Shown here piece by piece: positions 18,635 through 25,621 of a stretch of DNA of 27,194 nt. The position numbers and the translations under genes are program-made. Each line of letters begins with the position of its first letter. Positions within the stretch are counted from its first letter, which is position 1. The DNA is taken from positions 1-27,194 of IMG/VR virus record IMGVR_UViG_3300020045_006965, one strand, 5' to 3'. Under the pieces are notes generated by a model. That model did not search any database, had not been told where the DNA came from, and was given only the letters and a program-made list of their open reading frames with translations. This stretch comes from a virus. Its lineage: Duplodnaviria > Caudoviricetes.

Positions 18635-18675
18635 TGTGTTATAATTAATCATCTTAATAATTAAAGGAACATATT
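18635..18675 (+). promoter_or_regulatory. Promoter-leader-SD cassette, copy 4
   Basis: TGTGTTATAATTAATCATC...AAAGGAA. Confidence 0.7.
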
Positions 18676-18825
18676 ATGAAACCAACAGCCAACTTCCGGA
18701 TGAATTCTACCACCAAGTACTTGCTATCTACGATCACAGATCCAGAAGCGCGTAATGCGTTCAAATCGAACATGATCCAAGCGCAACTTGCAAGTGAGAT
18801 TAAGCCGGTTAAAGAGAAGAAATAA
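18676..18825 (+). CDS. Small basic protein (49 aa), not in ORF track
   Basis: MKPTANFRMNSTTKYLLSTITDPEARNAFKSNMIQAQLASEIKPVKEKK with AGGA SD and own promoter. Confidence 0.75.
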   Translation: MKPTANFRMNSTTKYLLSTITDPEARNAFKSNMIQAQLASEIKPVKEKK

Positions 18826-18829
18826 TCAG

Positions 18830-18940
18830 TAATATCCGAATCCTCTGCCTGTTGAAAGATACAACGCATGATATCTAGAATTTACTAGTGAAACCTATGG
18901 ACGCATAGGTCTACGGAAATCTCGTCTGTGATAAGCAGAC
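18830..18940 (+). ncRNA. Run of three hairpins, candidate structured RNA
   Basis: ATATC..TGC..GTTG/CAAC-GCA-GATAT; ACCTATG-GACG-CATAGGT; GTCTG-TGATAAG-CAGAC. Confidence 0.45.
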
Positions 18941-18942
18941 AT

Positions 18943-19052
18943 CATATTAAAACATACTGTTTAACTGTTAGGTGACACGAATCAGCGAACTATATTAAAT
19001 TGTAGCAGGTTGATGTCATAGGTTCGAGTCCTGTACAGTATGTTTTAATATG
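18943..19052 (+). ncRNA. tRNA-like RNA enclosed in an 18-bp perfect stem
   Basis: CATATTAAAACATACTGT/ACAGTATGTTTTAATATG; T arm ATAGG-TTCGAGT-CCTGT abuts the 3' arm. Confidence 0.7.
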
Positions 19053-19091
19053 GTAAGTTAAAAGGAATGTGGGCAGTACCATAGCAATGAC

Positions 19092-19224
19092 CATATTGAA
19101 GCACTTTTGTGGGGTAAACAATGAGGGCAGAGTAGTTCCTTGCTCATGTTATCAACGGCATGAATAGGATAAGACGCTGAGCGACCTGATTTTATTCTGT
19201 ATGTAAAGAAAGTGCTTCAATATG
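19092..19224 (+). ncRNA. Structured RNA enclosed in a 16-bp perfect stem
   Basis: CATATTGAAGCACTTT/AAAGTGCTTCAATATG; inner stems GCAGAGTAG/TTATTCTGT and TCATGTT/GGCATGA with G-U pairs. Confidence 0.65.
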
Positions 19225-19533
19225 ACTAATGTAAATATTATGACAAACGAAACTACTCCACGTAAAATTCTATCTCTCAAGAAAAAACCTGTTGAGGTTA
19301 TTGATCCTCAGATCGTAAAATCACAACCTAATATTGTCAAGATTAATGGTCCTCTTAAACAGCGATTAGAGGTTCATGCCAAGGCAACTTCTGATCTGAA
19401 GAAGACAAAACATCCAATTCGAATCGCTTGTCTTGTAAAGATGTTGATTCGATTGAATGTCGCAATTGCTAAAATCAATAGTCTCACGGTCAGTTACGAT
19501 GAATCTGGTAAACAAATATTGACACCTGTATGA
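19222..19533 (+). CDS. Hypothetical basic protein (start may be 19240)
   Basis: 103-aa ORF, ATGA-coupled to next gene. Confidence 0.7.
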   Translation: MTNVNIMTNETTPRKILSLKKKPVEVIDPQIVKSQPNIVKINGPLKQRLEVHAKATSDLKKTKHPIRIACLVKMLIRLNVAIAKINSLTVSYDESGKQILTPV

Positions 19534-19787
19534 TTACTGATATAAATCCAGAATTCAGTGAACTAGCAATGACGCTGGGTAAATTTCTCCATATCTCTGA
19601 GAAATTATCCATATTGTGGGGTTCTAAAGAATGTAGAGCATATCTACATTCACTTACGTTAACTGATAGACCAAATAGAATAGGTTTCCCATTTGATGCT
19701 ATAGTAGCGATCTCTTCACTGACCGATTTGCATGATAAGTCGTTTCCAGAATTTAAGCCAAAGCATTCTGTCTGGGACGTGTTGTAA
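19530..19787 (+). CDS. Hypothetical protein
   Basis: LWGS.EC..YL..L...DR..R.GFP motif. Confidence 0.75.
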   Translation: MITDINPEFSELAMTLGKFLHISEKLSILWGSKECRAYLHSLTLTDRPNRIGFPFDAIVAISSLTDLHDKSFPEFKPKHSVWDVL

Positions 19788-19812
19788 ACTAGATATGTGA
19801 TATAATGTAAAC

Positions 19813-19982
19813 ATGACACCAACATTTAGACAAGAAGAAACTAAGATGGGATATGCCGTTATTACGGCAGATCACTTGGCGCATGGACAATCTTTAAGGA
19901 AGGTAAAGATATCGAATATATTCCATCAGAGATATTCGATACTACACCTGAAGAAGTATTGATAAAGACTTATTTGAACTAA
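19813..19982 (+). pseudogene. Small gene with probable 1-nt frameshift near 19843
   Basis: MTPTFRQEETK in one frame; DGICRYYGRSLGAW...KTYLN* in the -1 frame, ending in a TAATG overlap with the next gene. Confidence 0.4.
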
Positions 19983-20563
19983 TGACTATACTATTAAAAC
20001 TAATCAAACCTATCGAACGTCTAGATAAATTTTTGACAAAAACTAAAACTAGAATTTTGTCATCTGTATTTCTATTGACGGGTGGTTATAGATGCACTCT
20101 TTGCGGTTCTAATCATTTACATTTCAAGTATCCACAGTATACAGGGTGGGTAAACAACGTAAATGGTACCACTACTAGGATGTTACTGTCATGGTCAATG
20201 TTAGATAATATTGTATGCCCATTATGTGCAATAGACGAAATCAAGACATATTTCCTAAATTACAATCCATATGACAAAGATGTTCCCCATTATGGGACAT
20301 GTGATTATACTGGTAAGACTGGTGTTCTAGTTTGTCCTATCATTTGGGGTAGACGCGGTGGATTCAGTCTCCGACATGGTAGAGAATGGTGGAACGGATT
20401 TGTTGCATCTGAAGAAGCTTTGATAGAAGCTATTCGTTCTTCTGTAATTTCATCATCCGTCAGCGAATACAATGATGGTAAAATATTATACGCATCTGGT
20501 AAATACAAGGTACCATTGCAGACATTTAGTGAATGGATGAATAAACAATCATGGTACAATTGA
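19982..20563 (+). CDS. Hypothetical Cys-rich protein
   Basis: CTLC, CPLC. Confidence 0.7.
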   Translation: MTILLKLIKPIERLDKFLTKTKTRILSSVFLLTGGYRCTLCGSNHLHFKYPQYTGWVNNVNGTTTRMLLSWSMLDNIVCPLCAIDEIKTYFLNYNPYDKDVPHYGTCDYTGKTGVLVCPIIWGRRGGFSLRHGREWWNGFVASEEALIEAIRSSVISSSVSEYNDGKILYASGKYKVPLQTFSEWMNKQSWYN

Positions 20564-20697
20564 TTTTAATTATTACTTGGATAGCTGGGGTAGTTATTGC
20601 TAAAGGATTCTGGTCTACATTTATTGCATTCTGTTTTCCTTTCTGGGCATGGTATCTAGTAGTAGAATTAATTTTACATAGATTCTCTATTGTATAA
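20551..20697 (+). CDS. Small membrane protein (48 aa), not in ORF track
   Basis: MVQLILIITWIAGVVIAKGFWSTFIAFCFPFWAWYLVVELIL. Confidence 0.7.
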   Translation: MVQLILIITWIAGVVIAKGFWSTFIAFCFPFWAWYLVVELILHRFSIV

Positions 20698-20724
20698 ACC
20701 GTGATGTGATTCAATTATTAATTT

Positions 20725-21126
20725 ATGACGCGAATAAACTCTAATTTAAATCCTAAATCTCTAAAACGAATGCATCTTATTGCTGAACTTAGAGAAATTA
20801 CAATGGTTCCAGCTGCACTTCGGAGATCCCTTCGTTCAAAAAGTAAAGAAGAAGTCCTTTTATCCATACCCAAGAAATTTACTTTAAATTCTGGTCATGT
20901 AAAATTTTTCTACGATAAATTTGAATTTCTTCAATATCGTTTTATTGCACTTGCAGAAGAAATGAAACATCGTGGATATATTCCAGATGAGAGTAGAATT
21001 GAAGCATTCTCGGGATTTGATAACGTATTTTATAATGACTGGTCTTCTACTAAAGAAGATGATGCAATTATTATTGAGCGCATACAACTCCGTATTTCTG
21101 AAAAACCACACCTTTATAAAGATTAA
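20725..21126 (+). CDS. denV: Endonuclease V, pyrimidine dimer glycosylase
   Basis: MTRIN N-terminus, HLIAELREI, F.L..GHV.FFYDK, RI.EKP..Y. Confidence 0.93.
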   Translation: MTRINSNLNPKSLKRMHLIAELREITMVPAALRRSLRSKSKEEVLLSIPKKFTLNSGHVKFFYDKFEFLQYRFIALAEEMKHRGYIPDESRIEAFSGFDNVFYNDWSSTKEDDAIIIERIQLRISEKPHLYKD

Positions 21127-21128
21127 TC

Positions 21129-22067
21129 ATGAGCCAATTTGAAAATTTAGTTTGGGAACAACGGTATCGCCCGCATTTAGTTGCAGATACAATTCTTCCA
21201 GATACAACAAAAAAGATGATCCATGATATTATCAAGTCCGGTAATACTCCCAATTTTCTGTTTGAAGGTGGTCCAGGAACTGGAAAGACTACTCTTGCCA
21301 GAGCAATTGCCGAAGAACTTGGTGCAGACTTGTTGTTTATCAACGCATCGATTGATGGTTCTATTGATACACTTAGAACAACAATTACACAATTTGTCAC
21401 AACTGTATCATTTACTGATTCAAAGAAAATTGTTCTATTGGATGAAGCTGATTACCTTTCGATTGTTACCCAACCGGCACTACGTGGGTATATGGATGAA
21501 TTTTCTAAGAATGCAATTTTTATTCTAACATGTAATTATAAGCATAGGATTATTGCGCCATTATTATCTCGGCTCCAAGTAATTGAGTTTAAATTCTCTA
21601 AAGAAGAGAAACAACCAGCTGCTATGCAGATGCTAAAGCGCTGCTGCCAGATTCTCGATACAGAACAAGTTAAATATGACAAGAAAGCCGTTGCTGCTGT
21701 AGTATCTAAGAACTTTCCAGATTTTCGTAAAACTCTAGTAGAACTTCAGCGATATTCTACATCTGGAGAGATTGATTCCGGTATCGTTGCAGCATCTGAT
21801 ACATCTGATATGAGTGATCTATTCAAAGCAGTTAAGGGTAAAGATTTTACCGCATGTCGTAAATGGGTCGCAAATAATTCTCTTGATTCTGCAACGTTTT
21901 ATCGTGGTTTATATGATCGATTGCTTCCTGAATTGGTTCCTCAGACTATCCCACAAGTTATTCTACATATTAATGACTTTCAGTATCAAGCAACAAGTTC
22001 AGTTGATCTAGAAATTAATCAGATGGCGTTTTTAGTTAATCTGATGGGTTCTGCGAGTTTTAAATAA
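21129..22067 (+). CDS. 44: Clamp loader large subunit (T4 gp44-like)
   Basis: WEQRYRP, GPGTGKTT, LDEAD, FILTCN, LLSR, FPDFRK. Confidence 0.95.
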   Translation: MSQFENLVWEQRYRPHLVADTILPDTTKKMIHDIIKSGNTPNFLFEGGPGTGKTTLARAIAEELGADLLFINASIDGSIDTLRTTITQFVTTVSFTDSKKIVLLDEADYLSIVTQPALRGYMDEFSKNAIFILTCNYKHRIIAPLLSRLQVIEFKFSKEEKQPAAMQMLKRCCQILDTEQVKYDKKAVAAVVSKNFPDFRKTLVELQRYSTSGEIDSGIVAASDTSDMSDLFKAVKGKDFTACRKWVANNSLDSATFYRGLYDRLLPELVPQTIPQVILHINDFQYQATSSVDLEINQMAFLVNLMGSASFK

Positions 22068-22453
22068 TGGTTTCTCCATTCGACATCACAAAGAGTCTGA
22101 CACAGACAAAGGATGATTTATATACTACTGAAGAAGTATTCAACAAAGAATACAATTCGTTTATGATCAACCGTATCTTATCAAACTCTCAATCAACTGT
22201 TCTTTTTGCCAATATGATGAACTCTGGACTTCTGGATAAAAAACTCCAATACGATTTCTATCGATTTGGAATTCCTAAGTCGAGGGGTTATACCAAATAT
22301 ATAAAGAAAGATGATTCTACGTTCAATCAAGATCATTTAGAATATATCTCGGAATCAATGAATGTATCACTTAAACGTGCAATTGAAATTTATGGGTTGA
22401 TTGGATCTGATGTGGTACAGGCTGAATTAGATAAACGAGGTGGAAAGAAATGA
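22067..22453 (+). CDS. 62: Clamp loader small subunit (T4 gp62-like)
   Basis: Y.SFMINR.LS, AN.MN, LQYDF; follows gene 44. Confidence 0.88.
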   Translation: MVSPFDITKSLTQTKDDLYTTEEVFNKEYNSFMINRILSNSQSTVLFANMMNSGLLDKKLQYDFYRFGIPKSRGYTKYIKKDDSTFNQDHLEYISESMNVSLKRAIEIYGLIGSDVVQAELDKRGGKK

Positions 22454-22773
22454 CGATTAAACTTTATATCGCTGTTCTCGATGAGTTTCCAGATTACATG
22501 GCCCCTACATTAGTTGCCCACTCTGTTCTAGGCGCACATTTACAGTTTTGTGATGACTGTGTCTATAATGAGTGGTTAATGAACTCATTTAAGAAATGTG
22601 TCATTCGTGTTAATAAGAAAGAATTTGATAAGATTTCAGTTATTCCTGACGTTTATCTAGGACATGAAAATAATACCTTAAATGGTAGAAAATCTTGTGC
22701 GATTCCTGTTCCTGTATATAAAGATTTACCAAATGTTCTAAAATTTGCAAAATTATGGTCACCTAATCCATAG
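22450..22773 (+). CDS. Peptidyl-tRNA hydrolase 2 (Pth2)-like protein
   Basis: LYIAV..., VAH, W...SFKK.V..V pattern. Confidence 0.55.
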   Translation: MTIKLYIAVLDEFPDYMAPTLVAHSVLGAHLQFCDDCVYNEWLMNSFKKCVIRVNKKEFDKISVIPDVYLGHENNTLNGRKSCAIPVPVYKDLPNVLKFAKLWSPNP

Positions 22774-22809
22774 TTAAATAGTTCCATATAAACTTTATAA
22801 TGTGTTATA

Positions 22810-23211
22810 ATGGAACTAGAACAAAAATTTGCATATGGTGTTGAGGTATTATTACCTACTCCGGATTCTTTCAATATTCTTCGTGAATCATTGACTCGTA
22901 TTGGGGTTGCTTCTAAAAAGAGCAAGACTCTATACCAAAGCTCCCATGTTTTGCATAAACGAGGTAGGTATTTTATTTTGCATTTCCTTGAACTATTCCG
23001 ACTGGACGGACGGACTGCTGATATTTCTGAAGATGATTATAGACGTAGAAATACCATTGCAAAGTTAGTTTCTCAGTGGGGAATCTGCAAGTTGGTATAT
23101 AATGAAGATATCGAATTTACTGTTCCAGTATCAGAGATCAAGATCATTCCATACAAGGAAAAGAAAGATTGGGTATTGGTTAGTAAGTACACTGTAGGTG
23201 GTAGAAAATAA
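22810..23211 (+). CDS. regA: Translational repressor RegA
   Basis: F..LRESLTRIGVAS, LYQS.H.LHKRG.Y.I.HF.ELF.LDG, RRNTIA.L. Confidence 0.95.
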   Translation: MELEQKFAYGVEVLLPTPDSFNILRESLTRIGVASKKSKTLYQSSHVLHKRGRYFILHFLELFRLDGRTADISEDDYRRRNTIAKLVSQWGICKLVYNEDIEFTVPVSEIKIIPYKEKKDWVLVSKYTVGGRK

Positions 23212-23226
23212 TTATGAAAGAATATT

Positions 23227-23448
23227 ATGAATGAAAAGATTACTCCTTTGTTGAACTCTATGGAGACGCGAATGGTGGGTTCACGTTTTCGTGTCAAGTT
23301 GTCCATTATGGATAATGGTGTTCATCCAAAGTCAATTATGTGCGCAACTCAAGATTTGGTAAGCAAAGGATTTTCATTGAAGTTTTTTAAGACAGAAGAA
23401 GATGCAACTGATTTTATTAAAGTTTTGGCTACATTGGTAAAAAGCTAA
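23227..23448 (+). CDS. Hypothetical protein
   Basis: 73-aa ORF following regA. Confidence 0.7.
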   Translation: MNEKITPLLNSMETRMVGSRFRVKLSIMDNGVHPKSIMCATQDLVSKGFSLKFFKTEEDATDFIKVLATLVKS

Positions 23449-23452
23449 TATC

Positions 23453-23492
23453 TGTGTTATAATTAATCAACTAAATTCAAATGGAGATTAAA
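23453..23492 (+). promoter_or_regulatory. Promoter-leader-SD cassette, copy 5
   Basis: TGTGTTATAATTAATCAACTAAATTCAAATGGAG. Confidence 0.72.
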
Positions 23493-23786
23493 ATGACTAA
23501 GCGATTAATTAAAAAAGAAATTGATACTATGTATTTTGGTGGTGGTACTGCCGAAGATACGATCAAGGAATTGCAAGCACTCATTGATGAACATGGTGCT
23601 GGTAATATTACACTTGATACAAGTTCGAGTTATGGTAGTGACGACAGTTACGTTGCGGTTTTGCTGAGTCGTCTTGAAACTGATGAAGAAGAGTACGTCA
23701 GAGAATATGCTGCTGCACGCCAAAAAATTCGTAATGATGAATACGAGCGTGTTCAATATGAATCATTGAAGAAAAAATTCGGATAA
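23493..23786 (+). CDS. Hypothetical protein
   Basis: GGAG SD before ATG 23493; R.ETDEE and YE.LK.KFG tail. Confidence 0.75.
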   Translation: MTKRLIKKEIDTMYFGGGTAEDTIKELQALIDEHGAGNITLDTSSSYGSDDSYVAVLLSRLETDEEEYVREYAAARQKIRNDEYERVQYESLKKKFG

Positions 23787-23807
23787 ATAGGATATAAGGA
23801 AAATAAT

Positions 23808-23963
23808 ATGAATGCTTTTAGTGTAGATGTTCAAAAAGTGCCGGGTGGTTTTATCATCAGTTGTCCTGATGGTATCCGCGTAGAAACTGATTTGGTTACA
23901 GTTTTACAGATTGTTCAAAAAGAACTATCACGTGAGTTGGTCAGCGTAATCAGTACTGTATAA
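23808..23963 (+). CDS. Small hypothetical protein (51 aa), not in ORF track
   Basis: AAGGA SD; MNAFSVDVQKVPGGFII. Confidence 0.65.
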   Translation: MNAFSVDVQKVPGGFIISCPDGIRVETDLVTVLQIVQKELSRELVSVISTV

Positions 23964-23964
23964 T

Positions 23965-24069
23965 ATGAATAAATTAGAAGAAGGTTGGGGTTTAGGTAAA
24001 ATGGAAGGTGATGGATACGCCATCGAAGGTTCTGGTTATGCAAGTGACTTGAATCCAATTTCCATTTGA
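23965..24069 (+). CDS. Possible 34-aa peptide
   Basis: ATG 1 nt after upstream stop; MNKLEEGWGLGKMEGDGYAIEGSGY. Confidence 0.35.
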   Translation: MNKLEEGWGLGKMEGDGYAIEGSGYASDLNPISI

Positions 24070-24085
24070 AGAATAAATAAGATAC

Positions 24086-24203
24086 GGACGATTGGGTGAG
24101 TGGTTGAAACCGAGGGACTGATACGGAACATCTGTTAAAACGGGTGTTCAAATAAATCCCTTCCTTAAAAAGCACGCAGGTTCAAATCCTGCTCCGTCCA
24201 CCA
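24086..24203 (+). tRNA. tRNA-Tyr (GUA) with 32-nt hairpin insert in the anticodon
   Basis: GGACG/CGTCC acceptor (2 inner mismatches), GGT/ACC D stem, AGGGA/TCCCT, long variable region, GCAGG-TTCAAAT-CCTGC, A-CCA. Confidence 0.75.
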
Positions 24204-24249
24204 AGAATTAGTCGGAGTAATTAACCGAGATAGTAAATGTAGATCATCT

Positions 24250-24337
24250 TGCTGATATGGTGATCCTTGTTGTGTATACAACGTCTGAATAAAATCAGAA
24301 GAAAATACGGGGTAAAAATCCTCACGAAATATCAGCA
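24250..24337 (+). ncRNA. Cloverleaf-like structured element
   Basis: TGCTGATAT/ATATCAGCA closing GTTGT/ACAAC, TCTGA/TCAGA and GGGG-TAAAAAT-CCTC. Confidence 0.5.
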
Positions 24338-25014
24338 CTCATTATTGCGGGTAGTGTAGCCAACAATCCAGTGCATGCAATTTTATTCTTCAATTCTATA
24401 AATGCAGATTCTGGTGAATAATATCTATCTTCATATATTTCTACTATCCATCCCATTTTTTGAAATTCTTTAATTTTAATAGAATCTCTATTTTGGACTT
24501 GTTTTAAAGAATGATTTTTGAACCCCATTTCTCTATAATGCCACGGTCCATTCCATAATATTGCAATTTTATAATCGTGCAGAAGAATATCGGCATCCCA
24601 ACCATTAGCTATAGATGTATCATTACTAGTAACATTAATGAAATGATCAACACATAAATCAAAAAGTTTAATTTCATCTTTAGATCTTTTATTTTGTATT
24701 GCTGCTGATGATTTACCGCCTTTTCGACTACCTTCGGTCATCAATTTTCTTCTACAGTCGGGAGTGCAGGATTTTCTTTTGGTATATGAAAGAAAATAAT
24801 TATTACAGCAAGTACATGTAAATTCTTTCAATAATTTCTCTTTAAATAATTTCTCTTTCTTTGGTTTATTCTTTAATGTATTACTTCTTTTTAAATTAGT
24901 CTCAATTGAATGAGTTCTAGAATTGGCACAATTTCTAGAACAATAAATACCTTCTTTGAAATGTAAATTAAAACATTTTAAACAAAATTTTTCTTGTGGG
25001 ATTTTAATTTTCAT
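24322..25014 (-). CDS. Vsr/DUF559-like putative homing endonuclease with Cys-rich zinc repeats
   Basis: YCSRNCAN, CTCC...SCTPDC, RS..E..L, DADI...KIAI.WNG.WHY, RD..K...GW. Confidence 0.75.
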   Translation of the reverse strand: MKIKIPQEKFCLKCFNLHFKEGIYCSRNCANSRTHSIETNLKRSNTLKNKPKKEKLFKEKLLKEFTCTCCNNYFLSYTKRKSCTPDCRRKLMTEGSRKGGKSSAAIQNKRSKDEIKLFDLCVDHFINVTSNDTSIANGWDADILLHDYKIAILWNGPWHYREMGFKNHSLKQVQNRDSIKIKEFQKMGWIVEIYEDRYYSPESAFIELKNKIACTGLLATLPAIMSADIS

Positions 25015-25029
25015 GATAATTGTCTCCGA

Positions 25030-25107
25030 TAAATAACAATGAAGGACAGCACAGGTATCCGTACTGTGTTTCCAAGAACTTCAATTTCTTGGATTACTTC
25101 TTATTTA
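25030..25107. promoter_or_regulatory. Two-hairpin leader between convergent TAAATA motifs
   Basis: + TAAATA 25030-25035, - TAAATA 25102-25107; GCACAG/CTGTGT and TCCAAGAA/TTCTTGGA. Confidence 0.55.
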
Positions 25108-25163
25108 ATATAAATGAAATTTCATTAATAAATATGTTATAATTGAACTTTAGTGTATAAAGT

Positions 25164-25236
25164 TCTGGATTAGTTCAGTTGGCAGAATGCATCATTTGTA
25201 ACGATGAGGTCGCTGGTTCGATTCCAGCATCCAGAA
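25164..25236 (+). tRNA. tRNA-Thr (UGU)-like, no encoded CCA, acceptor stem extended to 20 bp (25151-25248)
   Basis: TCTGGAT/ATCCAGA, GTTC/GAAT, CATCA-TT TGT AA-CGATG, GCTGG-TTCGATT-CCAGC. Confidence 0.8.
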
Positions 25237-25250
25237 CTTTATATATTATC

Positions 25251-25327
25251 GCGGGTGTAGCTCAGTTTGGTAGAGCTTCTGATTTCCAATCAGGATGTCA
25301 CAGGTTCGAGTCCTGTCACCCGCTCCA
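25251..25327 (+). tRNA. tRNA-Gly (UCC)
   Basis: Canonical cloverleaf GCGGGTG/CACCCGC, TT TCC AA loop, U73, CCA. Confidence 0.95.
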
Positions 25328-25354
25328 TTTTGTTATTAACTAGAAAGTGAATCT

Positions 25355-25609
25355 ATGATCTATTCCCCACTAAACGATTACATTATCGTAAAAAAACAAG
25401 CTGCCGCAAATGCAACTTCATCAGGTATTATCCTTACATCTACATCAGGTTCTGATACGGCAAAAGTAGTTGCCATGTCTGCTGACATTCCTGCTACAAC
25501 TGCATTAGAGATTGATGATCTAATTATGATTCGATGGTCAAATGCATTGAAAATCGATGGTGATGTTTATGCAGTTTCAATCAAAGAAGTAGTTACGAAA
25601 CTGGAATAG
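25355..25609 (+). CDS. groES: GroES-like co-chaperonin
   Basis: PLNDYIIV...TSSGIIL mobile-loop motif. Confidence 0.85.
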   Translation: MIYSPLNDYIIVKKQAAANATSSGIILTSTSGSDTAKVVAMSADIPATTALEIDDLIMIRWSNALKIDGDVYAVSIKEVVTKLE

Positions 25610-25621
25610 CGTGTATAATGA

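Noticed and set aside
18943-19224. Retron msr-msd (a1/a2 inverted repeats) or MITEs
   Set aside because: No reverse transcriptase or transposase in the window and no target-site duplications seen; not excluded genome-wide
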